Assembly: GCA_965153285.1 (NCBI GenBank)
Contig: OZ229114.1
Strand: one strand, 5' to 3'
Length of the DNA stretch: 64,000 nt
Source: Podarcis tiliguerta
Taxonomy: Eukaryota
Both the position numbers and the translations under genes were made by a program. Below the pieces are notes generated by a model. The model was given only the letters and a program-made list of their open reading frames with translations, searched no databases and was not told the origin of the DNA. Below, piece after piece: positions 12,566 through 25,926 of this stretch. Numbering within the stretch: position 1 is the stretch's first letter; each line of letters opens with the position of its first letter.

Positions 12566-14231
12566 CTCTTATTCTACTACTGGTGAAAAGAAAGTGAAAC
12601 CATTCCTTCTCAAAAGTATCCAGTTTTACCTTTAACATGTGTTAAAATCTGTAAGGTTATATGTAGTTGTTATCTATACCCAAATTCATTCATCTAGTCA
12701 CACCTAGGTGGAAGTAACTTCTTTTTTTAGTCTCTTGCAATCAACATTTGTTTCTTTTAAACAATTCAAATTAATTTCTAGCTTCTGTGACATCATACAA
12801 TCACCTCTTTTCATATGATGCAGTTTGCCCTGCATGTTCTAATTGGGCAGTAATAAATTTGTGTAGGAAAAACGCATATTGTAAGGCAAGGATGTTTATT
12901 TTACAGCAGGTATGTGTCACAGAAAATTTGTACACAACATTTAGGTGCTAAAGCAAAAAAGTACTACTTATGTAAAAATACATATTTTCACAGCTGCCTT
13001 ACAGGATATTTTTCTCTAGGCGGTATACAAAAATAAAAACACAACTCTAATAATAGGACATAAAACACAAATTGCAGCAGCCTGCAAGTAGCAACTACAG
13101 ACTAATCAAGCCTTTAAAACAGTGTATAGACCAACATAAAAATAGCCCCAAAAATCCTGATAACCAGCAGCAGATTAAAACCAGATGCTCTGAAAACAGC
13201 AGCAGCCTAAATAAAATCATCTAAATTAAAATCACCTTAATGCTTAGGAAGAAGGTTGCTGCCTAAGCAGAATCTAGTGGAAAATGCAGACTTCTAAGAG
13301 TTATATTTGAAATGGAACAGAAAATTCTCCTGATTTAGATTGTCAGGAGTTGAAGTTTTTATTTTTGACTCACTTACTGGAGTTATTTGCAGTGTGCCTA
13401 TGCTCTGCTTATTCTAAACTGCACAAAAGTAACTTATTTTATTTGTTTATTTGCACTTGTTCCTTTGGTGCAAGGATTTCCACTTCTGCAACCGAACTTT
13501 CCCCCTCTCCTCTCCTGGCAAGTTCCTTGCAAGCTCCTCAAATCCTCTGTGGAGTGTTGGAAGAACCTCACATATTAGATTTAGCAGGTGCAGGGAGAGG
13601 AGAGGGAGGAAGGCGGAAGGAAGGGGAAGTTCCACTGAACTGGCAACTCCACCCATTAACTCAAGTCTAACCTGTTTCATAGACTTTTTGTGAGAAAGAA
13701 ATAAGAGGGATTCATGTATGCCTTGACCTCCTCCTTGAAATAAAGGTGGAAAAGAAATGTCATGAATAATGCTCTATATTCACCCTTTCTTATATGGATT
13801 CTGGTGAGCTCCATTGAGCACAATAGAGATGGGGGGGGGGAACCCCTGTGATTACAGATTCAGAATATCTGGTAAACAAGAGGCCCCTGGGAAATCATAA
13901 TACAGGATCAAAGCTGCTAGTAGGAAGACTTTGTGAAAACGACATAACACTCTGGCTTGGGTGTATGATAATGGGACGAAAACACTGGTTTTGGCAAGTG
14001 AGTGGCGCACATGCTCCTCCTCCCCCCCAAAGCAAACAACTTTGTTCCCTTGATGCCTGGAGAAGTAGGAAAGCAGATCTGAGGGAACAGCATGTCCCTG
14101 TAGTATATTCTAGGTAATATTACTCTCTTAGGAAATGTGCAGTGTTCTCTAGCTGACCCTTTCTAAACTGTTGACGACTAGAAAAATTGGCTTATTAGGC
14201 TACATGTTTTCTTGAGAAAGAATGTGTAGAG

Positions 14232-14495
14232 CAGGGGTGCCCAAACTTTTTTCAAAGAGGGCCAGATTTGATGAAGTGAACATGCGTGAGGACTGACCAA
14301 AGTTGTTGAACTTTTTTTAAGATTAAAGTTAAGCTTTTTTTTTACAATTTTACCCCTAAGTTGTTAAGATTTTTTAAGGATTGAAGTTATTGAGTTTTTT
14401 TAGGATTTGACCCCGAGGAATAAACTGCCACAGGGGCGGATTAAACTGTCACGGGGGCTGGATTAGGCCTCCGAAAAGGATTTTGAACATGCATG
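14232..14495. mobile_element. hAT (Charlie-like) MITE
   Basis: caggggtgcccaaa ... tttgaacatgcatg with 8-bp TSD GTGTAGAG (14224-14231 and 14496-14503); internal short tandem T-rich repeats. Confidence 0.8.
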
Positions 14496-17400
14496 GTGTA
14501 GAGGATAGGTGACATTTTGGAATCTGAGTGGATTCAAAAGCCAAGATCTTGAGCCACCCCATACAGCAGAGCAGAGATATCAGCCTCTGTAATAATGCGC
14601 CTCCAGGAAGAATCTGGTGTTTCTTTTGATGGAATATGCAATTTCTCCCCAACAATCTGTGTAAAAGCTTAGAAAGGGGGGGTAGGTTTGGGCTGAAAAT
14701 AGACATTTGCAAAGGAAAAAGTTTTCGGGAAAGTACATAACCTTCAGTTGATGTTGGTAGGCCTTGCTTTTTGGAAGATGTGTTGTTTAGATCAGAGGTG
14801 TAGAATCGGTGGCCTTCCAGATAGTGTTGGACTCCCAAGTCTCATATAGTATATCCCAATTTACTGCTGGGGTTGCCAAATTCCATTTGGAAAGGGATTC
14901 CTGTGCCTTTCATGGCTGCAAACAAAAGAGCATATTGCCAAATAATGCTACTGCCACCACTGCAATGTAGTGGCGAAGAAGTTGCCCAACGTCTCTACCT
15001 GTATCAGATTGGAGGTAGAAGATTTCCGGAAGCCACCTAATCCAGTCCAGATAGGACCTAACCTCTGCTACCTGTGTACAGTCCAGACTAGAGTAATCCA
15101 CAGAAAGAGAGCAGGTGCATTGCAGAAATATACCTTCAGTTCATGTGGCCCCAGTGAGTGAGACAAGTCACATGCTACAGGCAGGGCTGTGTGCACACTG
15201 CGGTCCCACTGTTGCACCATGTAGGCATGGCGGAAGAAATCATCACCTTGGGAATCTTTGTTTTCTTTGCTTTAACGTAAGATTAACCACCCCTTGTAAA
15301 TTGCATGGTTTTCAGAAACAACGTAACTCTGTGCGAGCTAGATTTGTGAGAAACACTTTGAAGCGCCACATATGTAGAGATTTGTGGCTATGCTTAGCAT
15401 CCAAAGGGCTTCTTCAGAAGTTCTGCAAATAGACCTTCCCAGAGTCGCTCGACTGTCCAAAGAAAAGAGCCATGTGGAGCAAGCAGTGCCTGAACCACAC
15501 ATCCCTGGATGCAGCCACTCGTTCTTGGCAGCAGTGGAGTGGTACTTTATAGTAAGCATTAACATGAGCGTGACAGGTGAAAGGAAATCGCAGCTGTACT
15601 CAGGAATGCGCTAGGCCAAGTTGTGTGTCCTCTGTGTGGCTTGGGGATAACAGAATGAAGCAATATTAGTATTTCTTGTATCTCTTAGAGTATGGTATTT
15701 TGGAAATTCAGGAAGCCGTAACACCTATCTTTATGGGGGGAAATTGTGTCACCTGATCACTACCATACTGTGAGCCATTTGTTCCTTTTAATAGAAAACG
15801 CATTTGGTAGTGGACTGTGTTAACTGGAGTTCCAATATGGTCCCAATTTTTGGTGTGTGTGCCCCCCACCCCAAATCGTCTCTTGGAAACTCCTGTGGAG
15901 GTCTGCTGGTATTTAGTTATTAATCATGTAAAAATGGTTTAATGTCAGGTGAAATGTTAATTATTCTAGTCTTGTTCACAAGGCACTGTGGCTTTCTCCC
16001 AGGAGATATTGTTTTGTCCTTTATTTCCACTGCAAGAACTATATGATTCAACGTGTTTCCCACCCTTCTTGAGTATTTTTTTCATTCCTTGCAGGCTTGA
16101 ATCTAACCCATTCCAAGGCAGACATTTGCAGATTAGGCGTCTAAGCAACTGGGCCTGTGAGATATTAACAGGAAGGCTTGGTTTCCTACCAGGACTATAA
16201 CTAACCTTGCTATATGAATCTGAGCCCTTTTGCTATATACCATTTGGTTACCAGGCAAAGTTATATAACCTGGTGAAAGCTGATCAAGAAAGGGTTCACT
16301 AGAAATTATGCTCTGCTCATTTTAAAGAGTGACTTCAAAGTGTTGCATGTAGAATTTTCCCTCCGAGCTCAAGGATCCAAAACAGTAACTTCCTTGCACA
16401 TTTGATTACTTAATGGACAAAAGAAATTCTAGAAATTACAACTGATTTGTAAAGGACCAGCATTGATGGAAAACAATTGGCATTTGTAGGATTTAAGACA
16501 TTGTGACTGCTGAAATTCAAGATGAGCAAGATTTGGAGCTCCTTTAGAATTTCTGGATCTGGCATTTTCTGAAATGGAAAAATAATTTCCAAATGTAGGC
16601 ACAATTTTGGTTCAGCACTCTTGGATTGTTGACAAATAACACATTTGAAGGCCATGGTGTTTTTGAAAACACACACACACCTGTGTTGAATGGCTTCTAA
16701 AGAGGAGTGACTATAATGGGATTAACCAGAATGAGGGCACAGGATACACGATCAACTATTTCCATAGCAGTCCTTTTTTATTTTCAGCTTATTTTTAGCA
16801 CCATTAGGTTAATCTTGGTGTTATAATTAGCACAGTTGCATTCCACATCACATTCATGGGAAACACCATGAGACTAACATGCAGAAACTTTTGAGAATAA
16901 GCCAAGATCTCTACCTTTTCACACAGTACAAAACTGATCTGTGGGCCTTGCTCCCATCAGTGATGTGTATATTTTCCATTGCTCCCTCAAGAAGTTCAAG
17001 GCAATATATGTGGATTTATTCCATTTTTATCTCTCAGCAACTGTGTGGGGATAAACAGATAAACAGAGAAGCTGTAAGAAGAAACTCCTTCATTGGACGA
17101 ACCTTCTCTGGATCTAACTGATTGGTGCAAAGTCACTGGATGGTATCCAACTTGTGTTTCTTGTCTATTGACCTCAGTGAGTCTACACTGAGTATGATTT
17201 ATGTTGGATATCACGCTTTCAATTTTAACTTTTAAAAATTATTTATTTAAACATACATGCACAGTTGTCAGGTGCCTAAGGAACAAGTTACCTAGGCTCA
17301 TGACTTGAGTTGGGACTTGAACACAGATTTCCCAGAGCCACAGCAATACATGAGTTCTTCTTCATATGGCGCTTTCACAGCGCTTTAAATTGTGAAGCAA

Positions 17401-17938
17401 TTTGAAAGGGATTCGGTTGCAGCCCTATGCACTAAAGATGGGAGAAACCTCTGCTCTCCAGATCTTGATGAATTTCCAACTCCCATCAGCCCAGACCGGC
17501 ACGGCTAGTGGTTAGGAGTGGTGGCAGCCGTAGTTCGACTACTTCTGGAGTGCCACAGAGCTTCTTATCCCAGCCTATACTTTCTGTAGCACATGCCTAA
17601 CAACCGTTTGTGTGTTCTAAGCAGATGAAGGTCCATTTTGCTTTGGCTCACTTGCTTTTCCTCAAAGGTCCCGCAGATTGTTGCCAGACATGGATGTTGG
17701 GGTCTTCTGTGTATTTCTGCCAGACCTACAGGGAATTTTCCTGTCATGTGCCCGGGCCTTTTTGGTGTCACACTACATGTGTGTATGAGTTGGGGTTTGA
17801 CAGAGAAAAGCAAGCTACTTTGGTCTCCAGGGAGGGACAGGTAAGCTGGATGCTATCTCTGCTTCCCTTGCAAGCAGTTGCTTTGAATGCCTGGAAAGCA
17901 CCCCTGTCTGGGGTTAGGAGGAACGTAAGGGGTTTGGT

Positions 17939-18278
17939 GGGATGCGGGTGGTGCTGTGGGTTAAACCACAGAGCCTAGGGCTTGCCGATCAGAAGGTCGG
18001 CGGTTTGGATCCCTGCAACGGGGTGAGCTCCCATTGTTCGGTCCCTGCTCCTGCCAACCTAGCACGTCAAAGTACAAGTAGATAAATAGGTACCGCTCCG
18101 GCGAGAAGGTAAACGGCGTTTCTGTGTGCTGCTCTGGTTCACCAGAAGCTGCTTAGTCATGCTGGCCACATGACCCGGACACTGTACACCGGATCCCTGG
18201 GCCAATAAAGCGAGGTGAGCGCCGCAACCCCAGAGTCAGTCATGACTGGACCTAATGGTCATGGGTCCCTTTACCTTT
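17939..18278 (+). mobile_element. Sauria (Squam1) SINE, full length
   Basis: Head gggatgcgggtggtgctgtgggttaaacc, tail cctttaccttta. Target-site duplication TAAGGGGTTTGGT(GG) at 17926 and 18278. Confidence 0.9.
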
Positions 18279-20057
18279 AAGGGGTTTGGTGGCGGCTGCC
18301 TGAGTGCTTAGGAGGGCACCACCGACCTACTCAGATGGGAAAAAGGGGAGTAAAAAAGGTTCTTTATCCCTTCTATTACATGAGGCATAATACAGTCACC
18401 TTGTTTAATATAAAGTTCACCTCCTCTCCCCTCTTGAGGAGAGTATCAGCTGAAGAAGTATGTAAATAGATCAGGTGTGGCAGTTTTCCTGGGTGTGTAG
18501 AGATTAGGGATGTGAAGGGGGTGGGAAAATTGGGAAGGGGGTCCTCCCCATTCTTCCAGGTTTTTTCCTGGGTTTCATGCCTCTAGTAGTGATATTTGCA
18601 GTGTGTTTGCATTGGGAGACAAGCCTTTGAAAGGGGTACACATAGCTTTGAATTTAAAGGTGTGAATGGACATGTCTGGAGGGAATGGGGTACAAGATGT
18701 TCCTATATTAGTAGCTGGAGGAAGGCAGGGAAATTCCTTCAGGCCTGCTCTTATCTTGTTTTGGTCCTTGTTTTGGTTACGTGGCCAACCTGTATTTAGT
18801 TTAGTCTCTGGAAAGGGGATTTTGAGGGTGTGTTTGTAGCCTGCTTTTGTGCCACAAAAGACTGAAAGTGAAAGGGCAGAAGCTCAAGGGCATTTTATTT
18901 CTTGATTTCATATGTTCCAGGACTGAACTTTGTCTCCAATTAAACCCTGATTGTTCCAGTAGCTACAGTGGCACAAATGTTTTGGATTCAAGTAAATCGC
19001 TCGAGAAAATGAGGAAGAGGCTTCCCTTTTTGGTTCTATTGCTGCTTCTCTATTTTTAGCTGCAGTTTTTCTTCTTCTTACTCCTTTCCGTGTTTAACCA
19101 AACGCCTTAAATTAGTTGCTGTGTTTTAATTTTTACATTTCTTATTTTGTTGACTTGATTTCAGAGTTTCTTTACTTAGAAGCCCTGGCTGAAAGGGTGT
19201 GCAGCCTTTTAAGTAAATAAACTATTTCAATGCAGCTTATCTCTTAATCGGCTGGAACTACTGAATGGGGAGGAAAATTAAACGGCAGCTTCCATCGAGG
19301 AGGAGAAAACAGTGCTTTCCATTTGGCTCCATTATATTTTTTTTTTAAGCAAAAAGTATGAAAGCCTTCAAAAAGCTTTCTAAACTGTGGTAGCCGAGTC
19401 TGTTTCCGAACGGTGTTGCCAGCTGTGTATTTCCTGAGAGTAAGGTCATGTGTTTTTGCATTTGTATTTGACAGCCTGCACCTATGAGCAGAGTTACCGA
19501 GGACTGGCAGAAAGCCACAGCCGTGTTACTGTGCCTGGCTCAAGGGTTTGGAGCACTTATGTAACACTATAGCAAAGGAAATACAGTCTCCATCCATCCC
19601 CAGCCCTTCGCTGGCTTTCCATTTCTGGTTTTGTTACTTAGCAAAATCTTGGGTTTCGTCCTTTCTCTGCTAGAGAACAAACTGCCCAATAGGAACCTGC
19701 ATCGAAACAGCAGCAACCAATGGAAGGGTGGCTGGGAGGGGGGTGGAAAGGAGAGAGAAAGATTTGATTGTCTTTTGGGTTAAGGATGAAGCAAACCCGT
19801 CAAGTCATATGATGGCTTTACAAGATAAGCATATGACCTGGGAATTGTTTATGGAAGGATGCCCCTGCTTGCTTTCCTGCTCTCTCTCTGAACATGCAGA
19901 ATTTATGCAGATGCCTCTTATTACTTGGCCCCAAAATGATACTCTTGCAATGATTTATTAATACAGGCTTGGCTGCTTGTCTCCAGCCATTATTTTTCTC
20001 CTAAACGATGCCTCCCTCCTCTGCATTTTTGTAGAATACAATTTAACTCTGTATTTT

Positions 20058-20061
20058 CACA

Positions 20062-20106
<45 letters not shown>
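20058..20106. repeat. compound microsatellite (CA)n(GA)n
   Basis: Read directly from the sequence. Confidence 0.98.
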
Positions 20107-20109
<3 letters not shown>

Positions 20110-21026
20110 ATTTCTTGAAAATGCGCTTTGTGTGTTTTTGTGTGTGCGGTTTGTTTTTTATCCTGTAGCTATTGTGTAACAAATCCAGACAGGAACATTT
20201 CCTTTCCTCTTCTCTGCCCCTATTCAAGCAAATATGCTTTCTGATTTGAGGATTGAGTTAGGCTTGTGATTGAGAGAAAAAAACTTTGTTCCCTTTAGGG
20301 ACCTTTCTCCCCTTTTAAAAGAATAAGGCTTTTAAGTGCGTCATTGCAAGACACGCTTGGTGTTAAGCCACATGGTACCTTAGCAGAATGTGACTGGGTT
20401 CTCTTAAGATTGTGCATGCCAAACCAGCAACATTGTGTGTTCGGTGCAGCTGGCCCAGTTATGGGGGAGGGGGGGATAGATTGTTTAAAAAGAGCTGAAT
20501 ATGTCACCTTAGTTTTTGTGGTCCTACTACTTCCTGCATGTGGAATTTTGCAATACAGCCTTGGGGATATCTTTAGCCTTAAGAAAGTATGAGAGGATCT
20601 CTGCCCCCCCCCCCTTTTGTTTCTTGTGTAAAAATGGCTGCTGCTACGACTTCTAATAAATAATAAATAAATAATATGTGCAAATGATTCCTGAATTAAG
20701 TCCCTTTTGGTTTGCATTAATTGAATTGGTCCAAAGATATATTTAAGCTAGCAATCTTTGCCTACTTGGGTAAATACAAAATCATTCCTTTCCTTGCCTC
20801 CTTGCCTGCATCAATCTATTGTGTATCAGGAAAAAAATTGGTTTTTCTAGAGCCTTTTTAGTGTAACTCTTTCTTCCTTTTGCAGATAAATGGTTAAACA
20901 TTGAGCTGCAAAATAGGAAGGGAAATGCAAGTGACATTCCATATAATCTGAGGCTAAAAATGATTGCAAGTATTTGTGTCCATGTATTTTGTTGGTATCT
21001 TACGACTCTTAACTGGAAATCCCTGG

Positions 21027-21150
21027 GGGTTGTATCTAGCTAAATTATACTTTGTGAGTAGACCCACTGAAATCAGTAGGCCTAAATGAGTCATGTCCAT
21101 TAATTTCAGTGGATCTGTTCCAAGTATGACTTACATTGGATGCAAATCCC
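21027..21150. repeat. palindromic repeat (gggttgtatc...gatgcaaatccc); related copy at about 17139-17213
   Basis: Inverted termini plus internal inverted arms ccactgaaat / atttcagtgg. Confidence 0.55.
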
Positions 21151-21320
21151 AGGTTTGGGGGTGGAGGTTATCCCTCTCCTGCCCTCTCCCATGTGAGGAT
21201 ATGAGGGACTGCTTGTAGTCTCTCATAGTGGAAGTCTATGTGGCTCCCCATTTGGTGCAGAGTTTAATATGTTTTTAGTCTGCTTAACTTCTGTTAGTCT
21301 CCAATGTAAACTCAAACTTA

Positions 21321-21680
21321 AAGGTAAAGGTACCCCTGACCGTTAGGTCCAGTCGTAGACGACTTTGGGGTTGCAGCACTCATCTTTCTCTATAGGCCGA
21401 GGGAGCTGGCGTTTGTCCGTAGACAGCTTCCGGGTCATGTGGCCAGCATGACTAATCTGCTTCTGGTGAACCAGAGCAGCGCATGGAAACGCCGTTTACC
21501 TTCCCACTGGAGCAGTACCTATTTATCTACTTGCACTTTGACATGCTTTCAAACTGCTAGGTTGGCAGGAGCAGGGACCTAGCAACGGGAGCTGACCCCG
21601 TCACAGGGATTCGAACTGCTGACCTTCTGATCGGCAAGCCCTAGGCTCTGTGGTTTAGACCACAGCGCCACCCGCATCCC
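21321..21680 (-). mobile_element. Sauria (Squam1) SINE, full length, reverse orientation
   Basis: aaggtaaaggtacccctgacc ... cacagcgccacccgcatccc. TSD AACTCAAACTTA at 21309-21320 and 21689-21700. Confidence 0.9.
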
Positions 21681-23539
21681 AAAAACTTAACTCAAACTTA
21701 ACCCCAAGAAATTAGAATCCATTTGCATGCCTGCTGTGAGAGGTCTGCAAAATGTTACAATGCAGTGGCGGCGGTGGGGAACATTGGGTGAAGATTCGTA
21801 CATTACAAGCAGCTTCATGGAAAAGCATGGGAAACACTTCCACATGGCAGTGGCTCCGGGCAGCAGTTATAATGTGGCATCAGTGCTGCCTCATGAAAGC
21901 CATTTCTGTGAAATTGTCATAATGTACAAATCTGTCTGAATACATGGAAAAGGCTTCTCACAAGGAACATTCTGAATAAGGAAAGAGCCTCCACACCGGG
22001 TTCTGATGCCACTGGGAATATGGTGTGGTAGTTTGGGGGGGGAACCTTGTTGTGACTGGTTCTTGTGCAGTATTGCTGCTCGTGGAGCTATCACTGTGAG
22101 TAAACCTTTCCACCAGCACTAATGTGGTAGTAGGAATCCCTATCTGAATTGTGGTGGTGCACAAAGACCTCATATTCTGGTGTTTAAAACCATTTGACAG
22201 TTTAAAAGTGCTCCCTGAATTGCCCCCTCAGTGTTCTAGCCCTGATCTGCAGGGAATCTACAATTATCATTCATAAACTTCGGGTTTTGGCAGGATTTCT
22301 GCCGTCACTGTGCCCAAGAGGCAGAGGAGGCACTGTCTGGCCCTGCATGTGCGTGGTACAGTAGGGCTCCAGAGCTATGCAGTAAATGCTCATAAAAATA
22401 GGCTTCCTCCCCGAGCATTATATAATCAGAGGGAGTGATGTCATTTGTAACTGTGGAGAGTATCTCTGAAATTGCAGCCCTCCGCAGATGGGCGACTGCT
22501 CACCCAGTGAGAGGAGGAGAAGGAGACCCGTCCGACTGTGGTGTGACACACTGCAGTGTGGGGTTTTGTAGCTTGAGAGAAGGAGAAAGCACAGGCTGGC
22601 AGGGTGAACAATCTGTCATTTAACATGCACTCGTGTGCTTGTCGCATAAGCTTTGTTCAAGGGAAATATGAAATTACACCCATGTGCGCCCACTTAAGGA
22701 ATGTCGGTGGGTGTAGGCTTTTCTCATGCCTGCCTGTGAAGGTGAGCTTCCCAAAACATACTGGATCTCATCCACCTTTGCATCAGATCAGCCTAATCCA
22801 GCCAGGATCTCTGCCTCTTTCATTTTGAATGGATCTTGCACGTGTACTCTTATGGCTAGCCAGCAGTTTTCTGTTGAGAGATGTAGAAGCTGCAGAACTC
22901 CAGACTCTGTAGCTACATAGCAGAGTCGAATTTGACCCATGTTTGCAGGAGTCTTCTCTTGTGTTTTAACATGTTAAAACTACTTGTGGCCTGTTTTGAG
23001 AATGCAAAGCACCTTCCTTTATTAGGTCAGTGTGAAGATGGAAGCTGGCCTCATTCATTCCTCCCACACTGTTCTCCTTCATAATGATACCTTTCAGTGC
23101 TACAAAAAGCGGTGTGCTTCAAAACTGGTACTTCCTGTCTCTGCAAAGGGCCTTGCGTCAGTCATTTTTGCCCAATAAAGATCAGGAGTGTGGTTGATAG
23201 GCTACCAGGTCAACCTTGGTGCTTGCTTGTTTATACCAGTACAAAAGGTGTGTCAATCTGCAGCCAGACAAATATGACCTGAAAGAGTTGTGTGTTGTTG
23301 TTTTTAAAAGAGAATTTATATACCACATAGCATTTTTGGAGCCTTCTCTTAAGTGGTTTGCAATATATAGAATTTAAAATCAAAATACAGTAAAATATAC
23401 AAATAAAGATCAAAGTAAATAATCACATTGTAAAAGTTTCGTCACTTAAATGAACAAATTGGCAACTGAACATGGTAACCTGCTCAAGCATCAGAATGAG
23501 GCCTGAGTAACACACAACCAAGTTTTCGGATATGTTTGA

Positions 23540-23910
23540 AGCATCTTGGGGGAGAGTTTTCCAGAGTGTTGGGGCTACATTTGAAAAGGGCTCTTTTTGT
23601 AAGGTTTCCAGATGGCAATCCACAGTCTCTGATGACTGTAAAGGTCAAGTTGGGCTATTGTAGGAAAGGCTATCTGCTGGGTATTCGGATCTCTAGTTGT
23701 TTAGAGATTTATGTGCCCGTAACAAAACCTTGAAACTGGCTCAGTAGCAGATAAGCAGTCAGTGCAGATCCCTAAGCACTGGTGTCGTATCTGTAGAGCT
23801 AGCCATACCATTTGGTATTTTAGCTGCTGCATTCTGTGCCCGCTGCAGCTTCCAAACCAAGTGGAAGGGAAGCCCCACATAGAACAGGTTGCAGTAAATC
23901 TAAGTGTGAA
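23540..23910 (-). mobile_element. decayed L2-clade LINE fragment
   Basis: The minus strand has ttagatttactgcaacctgttctatgtgggg (LDYCN..YVG-like) and ctgcagcgggcacagaatgcagcagct (LQRxQNAAA). Confidence 0.6.
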
Positions 23911-25890
23911 AGTTGCAGTTATTGGGGATTAATATGACTGTACTGATGCCCCTCCCTCAAAAGAAAAGGTGGGAAGTTTCCACATTTCTCCCCTCTTCTG
24001 CTGGAATAATCTATGCATGTGTTTTAATCTGAAACCAGGTTCTCTTGATAAGTAGTGGAGCTTTACAGTTCCTAGTTCCTCTCTCAGGGAGCCTTCAACA
24101 AAGACGCCCCCAAGTTAGATCTGCTTTCCTTCCTTTCATAAACTGCATCAAATATTTGGTTCTTTTGCCTGGGCACCTTTGGTATGTATTTTAAATAAGG
24201 GTGCCTGTTGCTCTGCGAAAGTCATGTTGTAGACTAAGGAGACAGATTTAAGTCCTCAGGGTCTAAGTGCCCCTGCTAGACGTCATTGAATAAGGGACAT
24301 TTGGTGGGTGGGGAAGCTGGTAACTTTGATATCAAAGCTTGGCCTGATAGGTCATCTGCTTGTGAAGCATCCTGTTCTGCAGGATTTATTGTGATACTAA
24401 GCAGCACATGGTCAACTCCCATCCTGCTTGGATTGCAGGGTGCGTACTTTGCCTGTCCATTTAGGAGCATTTCAGGAAACATCTACGTAGGTCACACGGT
24501 GTAGATACAGAGAGGAAATGATTCTCCAACATGTTGCAGAGGAGGACGTTATCTGCAGAACGTTGCCTTTGTTCTGACTCAGCCCACAAGCCTACCACCT
24601 GGATATGAAATTCACCAGTTCTTTGCACTGGTTCCAACTCCCAATACTGACCATCTAAAAATTCATCCTTACGTCTCCTGCAGACAATGGATTCATCCAC
24701 ATCTACCACTTGGAATTAATTGCTTAAAATATAATGGTAGTCTAGATTATCTAAATGTGCAAGGCTGATAAAATGCGGAGACGGGAAGCCACCCTATTAT
24801 GTACAGAAAGCTTTTCTGAATTTAAAGGCGCTGCTTTAGATTTGAGGAAATATTTTCACCCCTGGTGTCTGGGCAAGATATTATGTTATGTCAGCATAAC
24901 CTGCATATTAAGAGCTGGTAAGGTTGACTCCTAATGCTATGGGAGGTAATTACCTAGCAAAAGGGCAAATATTGAGAGGTGATGAAATGTGTTACCTGGT
25001 AACTATCATGTTCTGCATTTTGACTATCTCTGAAGGAAAACAGGAAACCACCTTTTACCAGATCAAAACTTTGATGCACTTGGTTCAATATACTCAACAC
25101 AGACTGGCAGCAACCCTCTAGATTTTTCTTCAGAATTCTTTTCTCTCTGATTCTCTTTGTGGAGATATGGGGAAGTGAGCTTGGGATCTTTGCTATGCAA
25201 AGCCTCTGCTCTTCTAGTGAGGCCCTGAAGCTGAATGCATGGATTCCTCTCTCTCTTAAGTCCATGAATCAGAGCCACTTCTGAGTAGACAGTTTATAGC
25301 CATGAGAAATATGCACATATCATGTCGGGTACAAAGAGCAAGATCCTTTCATTTATTTACAGTATTTGTATGGCACTTTTCTGGCAGACCTCACCAAGCG
25401 GCTTACGGAAGATTATTACAACAATAAGCACCTGCTTTTTAAAGAAGGGTTACAAAAAGTGGAAAAGGCAACCTGTTTGTTTAGAAGAAGCTGTTGGTGC
25501 TTCTTCTCCCCTCCCCTCAGGGCAGGTGGTCCCTTCAGATGCCCCCGTGGTGACTGTTCAAAGTTTTTAAAAGTTTTACACAGCTTAGGACCCAGGTGGG
25601 TGTCAGGTCATCTTTTCCACCCAGTCACTGAGTTTGCTGTCTTAAAGCTCTCATTTGGGTGCTTCTACCTTTGGAGGCAAGGCAGTGACCTGGAGAGAGC
25701 CATCTCTGAACTCTTTTCCCAGGAAGTTTCACCTACATCATGGTCATTTTGACAGCAATCAGATACCTTTTTATTCCTCCAAGCCTTTTTAAAACCTTGG
25801 AAGCCACTGTGAGAGCTTTATCTGCTGTTTTGTACTATACATCATCAGCTGGGTTGTATTTTTGTCATTCCTTTGGAGCTTTTTTATAAT

Positions 25891-25926
25891 AACAACAACT
25901 ACTACTACTACTACTACTACTACAAC
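25891..25926. repeat. trinucleotide microsatellite (AAC)n(TAC)n
   Basis: Read directly from the sequence. Confidence 0.95.

Noticed and set aside
19400-19730. Possible internal MXI1 promoter (two CCAAT boxes, some CpGs)
   Set aside because: No CpG island, TATA/Inr arrangement or strong downstream donor; the motifs are too short to support a call.
20886-20930. Strong acceptor in the MXI1 intron that would give an immediate TAA in phase 2
   Set aside because: No convincing donor nearby; treated as a cryptic site only.
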